The notes under the pieces were generated by a model that was not told the origin of the DNA, ran no database searches, and was given only the letters and a program-made list of their open reading frames with translations. Below, piece after piece: positions 10,490-20,403 of a DNA stretch of 64,000 nucleotides; the first letter of the stretch is position 1, and every line of letters starts with the position of its first letter. Location of the stretch: contig JBDKTL010000027.1 of the NCBI GenBank assembly GCA_039698055.1, forward strand, positions 1 through 64,000, given 5' to 3'. Source of the stretch: Methanoregula sp. (GTDB taxonomy: Archaea; Halobacteriota; Methanomicrobia; Methanomicrobiales; Methanospirillaceae). The position numbers were made by a program, and so were the translations under genes.

Positions 10490-11364
10490 GCGAGGGTCAC
10501 ATCCTGCACCACATGCCATGCATGGGGCCGGTATTTCTTCACGTTATGTACCTGGATAGTTGCTGAAAAACCTGCGCCTTTGAGCATGTCCCGTATCCGG
10601 CCTTCCACCGGGCCGATGCTGTGGAGATGGATCATGCTTCCGGGATGAACGTGACCAAGAACCAAAGGCAGCATATCGATCGCGTCAAAATGCCCCATCA
10701 CGACCCGGTCATACTCGCCGTCCAGCAGGTCCCGGCAGTCGCCGAGGGCTGGTGTCACCTGTTCAGCGAGCCCGTTGTTAGCGATATTGCGCTGCAGGTA
10801 ATCAAATGCTACGGGGTTAATCTCCATCGCATGGACCATCGCACCGCTCCCTGCCATCGGAATGGCGAAGTACCCGATACCGGCAAACATATCCGCTACC
10901 CGCTCCGTTGCCGGACTTTGGCGCACGAGCCGGGCGATGCGCATCTTCTCCTCCCGGTTGCCCTGTGAAAACATCACTTTCTGCGGGTCGAGTTCGTACA
11001 CGTACCCGTTTTCCCGGTGGCAGACGTCCCCGGCATCCCCCCAGAGCACTTCGGTGCGGGGTGTGCGGGTTACGTCACTGAGGGACTCAATCCATATCAC
11101 CCCGCGCGGGTGGCGAAAGCTGACAATCTCTTCGACTGTTTCGCGGCCGGGCTTTTTTCCATGGAGCACCGCAACATCCCCCAGCATGAAAAATCCCCGG
11201 CCGCCATATGATCTTTTCTCCGGCAGGTCATGGGTGAATGCCTCGCCTTCTTTAACCGGAACCCACGCGATGTTCCCTTGTGCGTACGGCCGGCGGCTGC
11301 GGTCAACCCAGTCCTGTGCCATTGATTCGCGCAGCTGGTTTTTATCCACGGCCCGTACTTTCAT
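10486..11364 (-). CDS. Met-10+/Trm5/Taw2-family SAM-dependent tRNA-modifying enzyme
   Basis: KVMFSQGNREEK, DMFAGIGYF, EINP and VKKYRP motifs. Confidence 0.8.
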   Translation of the reverse strand: MKVRAVDKNQLRESMAQDWVDRSRRPYAQGNIAWVPVKEGEAFTHDLPEKRSYGGRGFFMLGDVAVLHGKKPGRETVEEIVSFRHPRGVIWIESLSDVTRTPRTEVLWGDAGDVCHRENGYVYELDPQKVMFSQGNREEKMRIARLVRQSPATERVADMFAGIGYFAIPMAGSGAMVHAMEINPVAFDYLQRNIANNGLAEQVTPALGDCRDLLDGEYDRVVMGHFDAIDMLPLVLGHVHPGSMIHLHSIGPVEGRIRDMLKGAGFSATIQVHNVKKYRPHAWHVVQDVTLA

Positions 11365-11368
11365 GTTC

Positions 11369-12412
11369 TCACCTCACGAGCACGAGCCGGTCCGCATCCC
11401 GGAGTACCCGGACATATTCCCCGGCCTTTACCGAGAGCCACGGGGGCACACGGAGCTCGACACTGGCACAGCTTGCCGGGTCAAGAACCCCCATGCTGTC
11501 ATGCGAGAGATAGGCAACGAGCGCCGCTTCAGCGTTCCGTGCATTGCCGACAAGCCGGCTGATCGTATCGGTATTGACCGTCCGGTTTTTACCTTCGTGC
11601 AGGTCAAAAATGCGGACCCGGTGGGAATCGATCTGATCGACTTCCGCATAGATCCGGCCGATCGCCACTACATCGTGCCGCTGGTAGTGCGGCAGCCGGA
11701 CAAGGTAGGTGATCCGGAACAGCTGCCGGCCATTCTTTTCCCCGACAAGCTTCGGGTGGGTCGTGTACCTGCCCCCCAGCTGGGCGGTTATCGCCTGCAC
11801 GATCATCACGCCGATATGCTGTGAGCCAAGCGTGATATCCAGCCCGTCGCGTGTCTCGTTCATGTCCGAGATAAAGGAGAGCCGTTCGCCGCTTGCCTGC
11901 AGGGTGTCCTCAATCTGGGTTGCAATCGCCGCCGATGTCTGCATCTCGTAGGGGCTTAGATCGCGATCGTCAGCCCTGACCTGTACGAGCCCTTCATAAT
12001 AGCTGCCCGTGATCCGGTTGCACCGGTCGCATTGCTCCCGCTGCCAGACGATCTCGACCGTACAGGTCTTTTCCACCGGCTCACCGTAGAGTTCACCGCT
12101 GATCGAGAGCGTGGCACGCGAGCGGTTGATGCTGATATCCCGGATATCGACGGCGATTGCCGCCTTCTTGACATCCTTGTGGAAATGCACGGCGCTTCGT
12201 GCAATATCCGGGGCCATATCGGCGCGCTCACGGGTAGTGTCTGTCCACGTATTCACGGTTTTTGTTGCCCCGCAGCTGGGGCAGTGGATATGGGTGACCC
12301 GGTTGTCACAGGTTACCCACGTGGTATTCTCAACAAGGCAGTGGTTGCAGAGCCCGTTATTTTTTGAGGGTTTGCCGCATTTCGGGCAGAACCGGTCCTG
12401 AATTGCTGTCAT
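11369..12412 (-). CDS. nmd3: NMD3 family ribosome biogenesis protein
   Basis: FCPKCG..LCxxC, CPSCG and CDRC..GSYYEGLVQVR zinc motifs. Confidence 0.88.
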   Translation of the reverse strand: MTAIQDRFCPKCGKPSKNNGLCNHCLVENTTWVTCDNRVTHIHCPSCGATKTVNTWTDTTRERADMAPDIARSAVHFHKDVKKAAIAVDIRDISINRSRATLSISGELYGEPVEKTCTVEIVWQREQCDRCNRITGSYYEGLVQVRADDRDLSPYEMQTSAAIATQIEDTLQASGERLSFISDMNETRDGLDITLGSQHIGVMIVQAITAQLGGRYTTHPKLVGEKNGRQLFRITYLVRLPHYQRHDVVAIGRIYAEVDQIDSHRVRIFDLHEGKNRTVNTDTISRLVGNARNAEAALVAYLSHDSMGVLDPASCASVELRVPPWLSVKAGEYVRVLRDADRLVLVR

Positions 12413-12705
12413 TATAACCTGTAAATCTGCACATGGGGGATCTTGCCAATCATGATGCAGTCCGCACGGGTGACAAGCCCGGCTTCGATGGCAAGTGCAA
12501 CCGATCGCTCCCCCATGAGATTGATATTTTCCGCTGTTTTAAGCGCTTCTCTGACTTCATCCGCAGTTACGCGGCATGTGCCGTAGAAACACTCGTGGAT
12601 GTGCACCGTCATGTCGCCGTGCACGATTGTGGTGTTGTGCAGTTCCGCATCACACACCGCTACCACTTCCGGCATACCGGGCGACTGATGGCATTTGAGA
12701 AACAT
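12412..12705 (-). CDS. DUF424 family protein
   Basis: VVAVCDAEL, FYG, INLMGERSV and IPHVQ motifs. Confidence 0.8.
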   Translation of the reverse strand: MFLKCHQSPGMPEVVAVCDAELHNTTIVHGDMTVHIHECFYGTCRVTADEVREALKTAENINLMGERSVALAIEAGLVTRADCIMIGKIPHVQIYRL

Positions 12706-12750
12706 TGATCACTCATTGGCAGGCCGGGATAAAAAAGGTAAGTTGTGGCA

Positions 12751-13581
12751 TCACGCGAGAGTTATCGTCACGCCGTAAACGCGCCCGATGGTTTCGGCGT
12801 GGATAAAATAGCAGTCATCTTCGGTCATCAGCCCGGATTCAAGCAGTTTTTTTGTGTACCGTGGTACCGATTTGGGGCCGATGACCGCACCGGGCCGCGA
12901 GTTCTCGTCCATGAAATCGCTTTCCATCGTAAAGGGACGGTGCTCGCGGATAAGCTGCGGGATCGCTTCGTGTTTTGCGATAAGCGATGGATGCAGCGGG
13001 GTGTCCGGGGACGCATAGTGCTTGACCACCCGGGCAACCGGCATACCCGCCCGTTGTGCCATCTCCGGGATATCCCGGCACGGGCCGGTTTCAGCATGGA
13101 TCTGGAGGGCACACCCGCATTCAGCGGCGAGGGTAAGCGCGTGAAAGAGAACGCCGTTTGAGGCTTCGAGTACATCGGGAGGGACTTCATAATGGGGCCG
13201 GCCGCTTTTCAGCGCCACTGCCCGGCCGTCATGCACGTACCGGGCAGCACAGTCAAGCCCGCCGCGCATCACCTCTGCTGCTTTTGCAAGCGGCATCCGT
13301 TCAGCAAGCCGGTTGATCTCGGCAGGATGCACACCCAGTACGGGAAAAACCACAAGACCGGTCTCTGCGATCAGACCGGCAACCCTGAGTGTCTCGTCAA
13401 AGACCTTTGCGTAGTCGGCGCCGCAGGAAGGATTGACGCCAAGCGACCATGACGGTTTTGAGACAAGAAAAATATGTGTCCCGCCGGCGTGCAGGAAGTC
13501 CTTTGCCGCATCGACACCGCGCCCGTTCACCGGATCGAAGTGAATATGATCGTCAGTAATCGGAACCCGGGGTAATTTCAT
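12751..13581 (-). CDS. TatD-related metal-dependent hydrolase
   Basis: DDHIH, GVHPAE, GRPHY, LQIHAE and MESDFMDE..RPGAV motifs. Confidence 0.82.
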   Translation of the reverse strand: MKLPRVPITDDHIHFDPVNGRGVDAAKDFLHAGGTHIFLVSKPSWSLGVNPSCGADYAKVFDETLRVAGLIAETGLVVFPVLGVHPAEINRLAERMPLAKAAEVMRGGLDCAARYVHDGRAVALKSGRPHYEVPPDVLEASNGVLFHALTLAAECGCALQIHAETGPCRDIPEMAQRAGMPVARVVKHYASPDTPLHPSLIAKHEAIPQLIREHRPFTMESDFMDENSRPGAVIGPKSVPRYTKKLLESGLMTEDDCYFIHAETIGRVYGVTITLA

Positions 13582-13909
13582 GGCACTCCACGATCTGCAT
13601 TAAGGGATAACTGCCGCTCGGGTATAACCGCGCACGGCAGTAGGCAAACCCGACCCGGGTGACGATCTCCACATCGTACATCAGGCCTGAGATCTCGCTG
13701 TACCCGAAGATGTTCTGGGTCATCAGGTTTCGGTCCAGCCGGACCGTAATCTCTTCGACATACGGCTGGAGGATCACGGCTTTCTCAATTGCGGTTTCAA
13801 CGCTCCCGGCAGAATCCCGCGAGATCGGGGTGCCGACCCACTGGTGGTAGAGTGCACCAAGTTTAATCCCCGCTTCAAAAATTGCCTGTTCCCTGTCGCT
13901 GTGCATCAT
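13553..13909 (-). CDS. mptD: Archaeal dihydroneopterin aldolase (DUF381)
   Basis: REQAIFEAGIKLGALYHQWVGTP...YPLM. Confidence 0.8.
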   Translation of the reverse strand: MMHSDREQAIFEAGIKLGALYHQWVGTPISRDSAGSVETAIEKAVILQPYVEEITVRLDRNLMTQNIFGYSEISGLMYDVEIVTRVGFAYCRARLYPSGSYPLMQIVECHEITPGSDY

Positions 13910-13917
13910 ACCCCTTC

Positions 13918-16029
13918 TTAAATCAGCTGGATAATCCCCTGCTTTGGCTCCATCGCTTCACCGTGGCGCAGGAGCATATCGATGCCTTCCCGCACCTTAT
14001 CCGGTGCATATCCCCGCGCCGCTGCGGATTCAACCACCTGCTCGATTGCCGCCCGCCGGCCTTCTCCGCCAATATCCCGTATCGCGTCCTTGATCACCCG
14101 CACAATATCCCGTTTCTCTTTGGAAATCCCGGTCACCACTTTGTCGATATCAAAGTTGCCGGTCTTTGCGTCGTAGGCAATCTGGCGGAGGCAGGTGTCC
14201 ACAATATGGATCACGCGCTCTGCATCTGTCACCTCGATCTTGTCTGAAAGCCGGATGCGGGCGCTCGCCTCTCCAAGCCGTACGAGGGCTTCGAGCTGGC
14301 GGGCGGTGACCGGCACCGGCTTGTTTGGCTCGGCAATTCCCCTGAGCTTGAGGTAATAGGTCACGAGTGCCTCTTTTGCTTCCGCAGAAAGGATGGGAAA
14401 ACAGTTGCGTTTTGCAAAAGCGACATATTTCCTGAAAAGCGTGGGATCGATGTCCGGCATGACCGGTTTGAGCTGCTGGTCGATGTATTCCTGCGTGATG
14501 CCGGGAATGGGCGTCTTTTTGTGCTGCGCCATCAGTTCTCCGATCCCGTGCGCTTTGAGGATATGTTCGGCAATTGCAAGGTCCCGTTTCTGTTCGGGCT
14601 GGTCGGTCATGATGAAGATCAGGTCAAACCGGGACAGGAGTGATGGCGGCATGTTGATCTGGTCGGAGATATCGCCGTACATGTCAAACCGCCCGTACTT
14701 CGGGTTTGCCGCACCCAGCAGCGCACACCGTGACTTCAGCGTCGCGGTAATGCCGGCCTTTGCGACACTGATGGACTGCTGTTCCATTGCCTCGTGCAGG
14801 GCAGACCGGTCCTCTTTTTGCATCTTATCCATCTCATCGACTGCAGCAACGCCACGGTCAGCGAGCACCAGCGCCCCTGCTTCAAGCGTCCATCGCCCAT
14901 CCCCGAACTCGTCCTTGACGGCAGTGGCTGTTAACCCTGCAGAGGTGGACGACTGCCCGCTGGTATAGATCGCGCGGGGTGAAAGTTTTACGACGTACCG
15001 CAGCAGCTGGCTTTTTGCGATACCCGGATCCCCGATAAGGAGCACGTGGATATCGCCCCGGAGGTGGCTCCCGTCCGGCATCTCTTTTTCAATACCGCCG
15101 AACAGCTGCAGCGAGATTGCCTCTTTTACGTCTTCATTGCCGTAGATGGTGGGTGCGATAGAGTGGGTGATCATCCGGTAGATCATCGGTTCGCAGGAGA
15201 GCCGGCGGATCTCGTTTTCTGCTGCTTCATCGATCTCGACCTCCTCGAATTCCTTCTCGGCAACTTCGATGGAGTTGCATTCAAGGAAGATATCGAAGAC
15301 CGTGCTCTTCTCACCTTTGACGATGCGCTGCATCGAGCGGAGAATGCCGTTGATAATTACCCGGTCCCCGGGAGCAACCTTACCTGAAAGATCGTCTGTG
15401 ACATCGATATCCAGCGTCTGCGGCTGCTCGCCGCCCCGCAACCCTTCGGGAGATTCCTGTATCCTCAGTTTCTGGGAATCGACAAAGGTGGACCGTTTGG
15501 GGATGAGTTCGAGTTTCTTGAACGTGCAGCCATCGGTCGCGCAGCCATCCGGCTCGATAAATTTCCCGTATTTCTGTTTTTTTGTGGTGAAATGCCCGGC
15601 AGGGCACTTGAAAACGGCCTCGATGATCCTTGGACGGACCTCGGTAATCTTGCGCAGGATACCTTCGCAGGAGACAAATTTATTGATGTCGTCCGACCGG
15701 ATCTCCCGGATGGGGGTCTTTCTGGGGAGATTGATAAACCGGATATTGATGCCATGCGGCTCTTTCCCGTCTTTGAGCCGGATCAGCTGGTCGTTTTTTA
15801 CCGCGTCCCAGACATCCTCAAGCACCTTCCCCGGGTTTTCCACCAGTTCATCGGCAAGGTTGATACCGGGTTTTCCAAACCGGACAATATCCCGGTAATC
15901 GATAACAAGGGAACGCTTGTACGGGTATTCCCGGGACAGTTCGCCGAGCTGTTTTTTATACCGGCTTTTTAAAAACCGGCTCCAGTCCCCGGCTTTGTCT
16001 GATTCGTGCAGGTCAGGTGCTTGTGCCAT
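13918..16029 (-). CDS. mcm: MCM replicative helicase
   Basis: GDPGIAKSQLL, SSTSAGLTA, LEAGALVLAD, VDEMDKM, SLLSRFD and TARQLE; no intein apparent. Confidence 0.97.
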   Translation of the reverse strand: MAQAPDLHESDKAGDWSRFLKSRYKKQLGELSREYPYKRSLVIDYRDIVRFGKPGINLADELVENPGKVLEDVWDAVKNDQLIRLKDGKEPHGINIRFINLPRKTPIREIRSDDINKFVSCEGILRKITEVRPRIIEAVFKCPAGHFTTKKQKYGKFIEPDGCATDGCTFKKLELIPKRSTFVDSQKLRIQESPEGLRGGEQPQTLDIDVTDDLSGKVAPGDRVIINGILRSMQRIVKGEKSTVFDIFLECNSIEVAEKEFEEVEIDEAAENEIRRLSCEPMIYRMITHSIAPTIYGNEDVKEAISLQLFGGIEKEMPDGSHLRGDIHVLLIGDPGIAKSQLLRYVVKLSPRAIYTSGQSSTSAGLTATAVKDEFGDGRWTLEAGALVLADRGVAAVDEMDKMQKEDRSALHEAMEQQSISVAKAGITATLKSRCALLGAANPKYGRFDMYGDISDQINMPPSLLSRFDLIFIMTDQPEQKRDLAIAEHILKAHGIGELMAQHKKTPIPGITQEYIDQQLKPVMPDIDPTLFRKYVAFAKRNCFPILSAEAKEALVTYYLKLRGIAEPNKPVPVTARQLEALVRLGEASARIRLSDKIEVTDAERVIHIVDTCLRQIAYDAKTGNFDIDKVVTGISKEKRDIVRVIKDAIRDIGGEGRRAAIEQVVESAAARGYAPDKVREGIDMLLRHGEAMEPKQGIIQLI

Positions 16030-16035
16030 AAAATA

Positions 16036-17010
16036 TTACCTCACTTGCGGTTTCTGTGCCGAGAGCACGAACCGGGCAATCAGCGCCTCCATCTGGATAT
16101 CGCTGTTCGCGCCCTCGGAAAGCCTGAAATCGGTCTCCCCGAGATGATCGATCAGTTCCACTTTGAGCCTGCGGTTCATATCGCGCTTCACGAGCGCCCG
16201 GTAACACTGGTTCACAAGCTCGTTTGGCGCAATTCCCCGCTCGTGCAGGAGTTGCGCCAGCAGCGATTCCGCGCCATCAAAATCCTGTGCAAGCGAAAGT
16301 GCGAGCAGTTCTTCAATCTCATCCGGCCGGGCATTGGAGGTAATCGCATACACCATCTTCTCTTCGATGGTTGTACTGAGGATTGCCGCGCCCTGGAGGG
16401 CGTTGATCGCTTTTCGCATATCCCCCTGCGCAACATAGACGATAGCATCCATCGCTGCAGGAGTGACGACAAGGTTTTCTTTTGCCGCAATCCGGGCAAT
16501 CTCCTCTTTTATCGCGGCGGAACCCAGCGGTTTGAAACGGTAGATCGCACACCGGCTCTGTATCGGGTCAATAATCTTTGAGGAATAATTGCAGGAAAGA
16601 ATGAACCGGCAGGTGATGGCATAGCTCTCCATGGTCCGGCGCAGAGCGGCCTGAGCATCTGTTGTCAGGGCGTCTGCTTCATCCAGGAACAGGATCTTGA
16701 AGGTTGCATCCCCGAGCGGGGACGTGCGTGCAAACTGTTTGATCTGGTTGCGCACGACATCGATACCCCGCTCATCGGATGCATTCATCTCCCGGAAATT
16801 CATCTGCCATGTCTCGCCGAAAAATTCCCGCGCAAGGGTGACTGCTGCCGTTGTCTTGCCGACGCCGGCACTTCCGGTAAAGAGCAGGTGCGGAAGGTTT
16901 TTTGTCCGGACATACGAGGAAAGACGCTCTACAATCTCATCCTGTCCGACAATATCCACAAGCCGCGACGGGCGATATTTTTCTATCCAAATTGTGTGGG
17001 TTTCGTCCAT
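16036..17010 (-). CDS. rfcS: Replication factor C small subunit
   Basis: [29 protein letters not shown] and QSRC motifs. Confidence 0.96.
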   Translation of the reverse strand: MDETHTIWIEKYRPSRLVDIVGQDEIVERLSSYVRTKNLPHLLFTGSAGVGKTTAAVTLAREFFGETWQMNFREMNASDERGIDVVRNQIKQFARTSPLGDATFKILFLDEADALTTDAQAALRRTMESYAITCRFILSCNYSSKIIDPIQSRCAIYRFKPLGSAAIKEEIARIAAKENLVVTPAAMDAIVYVAQGDMRKAINALQGAAILSTTIEEKMVYAITSNARPDEIEELLALSLAQDFDGAESLLAQLLHERGIAPNELVNQCYRALVKRDMNRRLKVELIDHLGETDFRLSEGANSDIQMEALIARFVLSAQKPQVR

Positions 17011-17175
17011 AGAGCATCTCCCGGATATACAAGATATGGTGGTTCTTTTAAGGTATATTCTCTGGTCGCCGCCCCGCGCGATCCGGATCGCGGGAGTACC
17101 CTTGAAACATCCGGTCTTTTTTGTAGACAGATGAATGACATAATCTTTATCATAAGGGTTTTGAAATTACTTTTC

Positions 17176-18198
17176 ATGAATCGGTACCATATATTTCCTG
17201 TTCTTCTGGCTTTTTTTCTCTTGTGTGTTCCGGCATCTGCCAGCCTGAACAAAATCGCACCGGGTGCCACGGTCTTTATCGGAGAGACAAATCTCGATAT
17301 ATCTTCGCCGATGAACGGCCATTCGGTGATTGCATGGTGGCCGGCAGGTGCCGACATGAGCGGAACGCCCGGCAAAACGATTACCATCAGTACACAGAAC
17401 GTGACAAAATTCAACGTCAGCGTGTCTGATTTTACCGGCTGTACCGGGAAATGGTATTCCCATGATACCCTGCCCAATATTCTGGTGTTTGAGGTTCTTG
17501 CACCGCAGCTGGATCTTAAAGTCTGGGATCTCGACAGGAACACGGATATTACCGGGAAGTCGGTACCGATGTCTGAAAATATCACGTACCGTATCGACAC
17601 AAATCTCTATCTTGCGCTCAACTATGTATCCCGGCCAAATGCCAATCCGTCTGACGGTTTTTATACAGTAAAACTCACCAATCCCAATGGAATGTCCGTT
17701 CCCCTGATCTATACCGGGAATGCGGGGGGCAAAGATACCCAGATCCTGAAATTTGACAGTAACCCGTTTGTGAATACCCCGATTTATTACTGGAAAAACG
17801 GTGGAGGCTGGGACCGGAATGCAAAAAATGTTGATGGGTCGGCTCTCTATCCCCCGGGAACTTATACGTTCACGGCAAGCCAGAACCTCAACCACATGAG
17901 CGACGCATACAGCGCCGCTTCAGCAGACTCCCTTGTCGGGAAACTGACAAGCGGGGATAAAACCGTCACCTTTATCCCGGAAATTTTCACCACCTCACCT
18001 ACAACGGCCCCTCAACAGACGGCGACTGGTTCTGCCGGTTTAACTACTGCCCCGGTCACAGCGAAAACGACCCTGCCAACCCTTCAGGCTACTACGGTCA
18101 TTCCGGTGAAGACCACCTTTACACCCCTTCCCGCCTGGATTGTTCTTGCAGGTATTGGTGCTGCCGCGCTCGCGGTCATGATGAGACGGAAGTATTAA
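17176..18198 (+). CDS. Secreted cell-surface protein (DUF3821-like) with Thr-rich linker and C-terminal sorting signal
   Basis: Signal peptide, GATVFIGE..LDIS N-terminus, T/P-rich linker, TPLPAWIVLAGIGAAALAVMMRRK tail. Confidence 0.75.
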   Translation: MNRYHIFPVLLAFFLLCVPASASLNKIAPGATVFIGETNLDISSPMNGHSVIAWWPAGADMSGTPGKTITISTQNVTKFNVSVSDFTGCTGKWYSHDTLPNILVFEVLAPQLDLKVWDLDRNTDITGKSVPMSENITYRIDTNLYLALNYVSRPNANPSDGFYTVKLTNPNGMSVPLIYTGNAGGKDTQILKFDSNPFVNTPIYYWKNGGGWDRNAKNVDGSALYPPGTYTFTASQNLNHMSDAYSAASADSLVGKLTSGDKTVTFIPEIFTTSPTTAPQQTATGSAGLTTAPVTAKTTLPTLQATTVIPVKTTFTPLPAWIVLAGIGAAALAVMMRRKY

Positions 18199-18224
18199 TT
18201 TTTCATCCTCCCTTTTTATAGTTC

Positions 18225-18737
18225 ATGAAAAAGAAAGCCGTGCCGCAGAAACCCGGGATATCCAGGAACTCTGTCCTGGCGATTGGTGTCATCGCCGTTA
18301 TTGTTATTATCGTCATTGCGGTTTTTGCATCGATGCCCACATCCAAGAATGCGGGAGTGTCGGGCAACGCATCGGTTAATGCATCCGACCCCTTTACGAT
18401 TGCCGGAGCATTGTATTCAAAGAGCGTGGATCTCGCAAATGCCGGGAATTATAAGGAAGCATTGCAGGCAGCAGATCTTGCACTGGAACAGAACGCAAGT
18501 CCGCTCATTCCCATCATCCAGGCAAACCGTGCCGGGATCCTCGTGATGCTTGGGAGAAATGAAGAGGCAATTGCTGCCGCAGATGTAGCGATAAATGCCC
18601 AGGGTAACCTGACAGGAACCCATTCCATTGCTTACTACAACAAGGGTAATGCGCTCCGGGCGCTTGGAAACTTAACCGAAGCAGAAGCCGCATACCAGCA
18701 GGCATATGCACTTAACCCGGGCCTGAAAAAATTGTAA
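18225..18737 (+). CDS. Membrane-anchored TPR protein
   Basis: N-terminal TM segment; AYYNKGNALRALG TPR repeats. Confidence 0.8.
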   Translation: MKKKAVPQKPGISRNSVLAIGVIAVIVIIVIAVFASMPTSKNAGVSGNASVNASDPFTIAGALYSKSVDLANAGNYKEALQAADLALEQNASPLIPIIQANRAGILVMLGRNEEAIAAADVAINAQGNLTGTHSIAYYNKGNALRALGNLTEAEAAYQQAYALNPGLKKL

Positions 18738-18868
18738 ATTCTCAAATACTCTGTTTTTCTGGTAGTATATCAGAATCCCGGTAACCGGGAGTTCCCTCTC
18801 CTTCAAAGTGGGGACTTATCACTGACTATACTTTGAATATCTTTCTTTTCTTATTATTGATCACGAAT

Positions 18869-19651
18869 ATGGAAGGCGCAGCCCGGGTTTTCGCACAGGA
18901 TTTACAAGCGGCAACATTGTGCGTCCCCTCTCCTGATGGGAGCGGACTGGCATGGGTAGTGACACCGGGGGGTGCATGGTGCCGGCAGGTCTTTTTGGCC
19001 GGTGCGCTGACCGAAGTTGTCGAGAGCGGGGATTTTCTCCGCTGCCGGCTGGCAGATCCCACAGGTGCATTCGATCTGGTCACCGGTGGAAAGCCGGCTC
19101 CGGTATCGGACATGTTCAAGACCATCCACGTTCCTGCATTTGTGACCGTATCCGGGACGGTGCACGCGTACCAGAAAAACAGTGGGATGGTCGTTACCGT
19201 GCGCCCGGAGAAGGTGCACGTGGTGGACCGGGCAATGCGGGACCGCATCGTGCTCGATACCGCAGAGCAGACAATCGAACGGCTCGAACAGATCCGTGAA
19301 GCAGTTGCGGGAAGAAGCGCCGATGAACGGATGCTGACCGTTGTCCGGCACTACGCGCTCACCCCGGCACGGCTGCAGGAGATCGCTGCGATGGTCAGGG
19401 CCGCAGTACAAGGCGTCCAGGTCGTTGTCCCGGCATCGGTTGCCGTCCCTGAAGATACTTCCGGAGTCCGCGAACAGGTGATGGCCATTATGCGGGCGGG
19501 GAGCGGTCCACGGGGCATCGCGGTACAGGATATCATCGATCGTGCGGCGGGACAGGGCATCGCATCCGGTGCGGTGCTTGCCGCGATTGAATCTCTTATC
19601 CTCGATGACGAATGCTACCAGCCCCTCAAAGGGTATGTCAAACCGCTATGA
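18869..19651 (+). CDS. RPA-associated OB-fold protein with C-terminal winged helix (RPA32-like)
   Basis: ARVFAxDL, TPGGA, RLADPTGAF, VRPE and C-terminal ECYQP..G motifs. Confidence 0.7.
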   Translation: MEGAARVFAQDLQAATLCVPSPDGSGLAWVVTPGGAWCRQVFLAGALTEVVESGDFLRCRLADPTGAFDLVTGGKPAPVSDMFKTIHVPAFVTVSGTVHAYQKNSGMVVTVRPEKVHVVDRAMRDRIVLDTAEQTIERLEQIREAVAGRSADERMLTVVRHYALTPARLQEIAAMVRAAVQGVQVVVPASVAVPEDTSGVREQVMAIMRAGSGPRGIAVQDIIDRAAGQGIASGAVLAAIESLILDDECYQPLKGYVKPL

Positions 19652-20403
19652 ACCTTGAATTTATCAGCGATGGTCCGGCGCTTGTCATTGAAGGTGAAGA
19701 GCGGTTGCTCATTGTCGCGGATCTGCATTTCGGCATCGAGGCCGATCTTGCAGCACACGGGCTGCATTTCAAAAGCCATAGCGCAGAACGGCTTGAACGT
19801 CTCCTGAAAACAATTGATACTGCCGATCCGGACGCCCTTATTCTTCTTGGCGATATCAAGCACAGCATTCCTTCACTCACCCGGCAGGAATATTTTGAGA
19901 TGCCGGGGATTCTCAAAGACCTGCGGAACCGGATCCCCCTCAGGATATTTCCCGGCAATCATGATGTTGGCATTGAACGGTTCCTGCATGACCATGAATT
20001 ATATCCCCGCGAAGGGGCCGTCGTTGATGGTGTCGGGTACTTACACGGGCATACCGTCCCGTCACCGGCACTTGCCGGGCACCTGATTGTTGTCGGGCAC
20101 CACCACCCGTTCGTATCCCTGCACGACGAAGTGGGGTGTGCCCTCCAGTCACCGGCATACCTGCGGGCCGAGATCGATACGGTGGCGCTTGGCATGAAAG
20201 CCCCGGATGCACCAGCCCCCTGCGCCCGTGTCCTCTTTATTCCGGCATTCAACGAGCTTGCCGGGTATGATATTTTAAAAATTGCCCGTGACCCGTTCTC
20301 CCCGCTGTCGCGCTGCATGAAAAAAGAGACCGCTGAGATCATCCTTTCGGACGGGACCTATATCGGCCCGCTGAGCCTCGTGGAGAACGATGACGCCGAT
20401 TGA
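19648..20403 (+). CDS. Metallophosphoesterase (calcineurin-like)
   Basis: ADLHFG, LGDIKH, GNHD, HGH, GHHHP and PAFN motifs. Confidence 0.9.
   Translation: MNLEFISDGPALVIEGEERLLIVADLHFGIEADLAAHGLHFKSHSAERLERLLKTIDTADPDALILLGDIKHSIPSLTRQEYFEMPGILKDLRNRIPLRIFPGNHDVGIERFLHDHELYPREGAVVDGVGYLHGHTVPSPALAGHLIVVGHHHPFVSLHDEVGCALQSPAYLRAEIDTVALGMKAPDAPAPCARVLFIPAFNELAGYDILKIARDPFSPLSRCMKKETAEIILSDGTYIGPLSLVENDDAD

Noticed and set aside
13918-17010. Inteins in MCM or RFC
   Set aside because: Lengths are normal and the motifs are uninterrupted.
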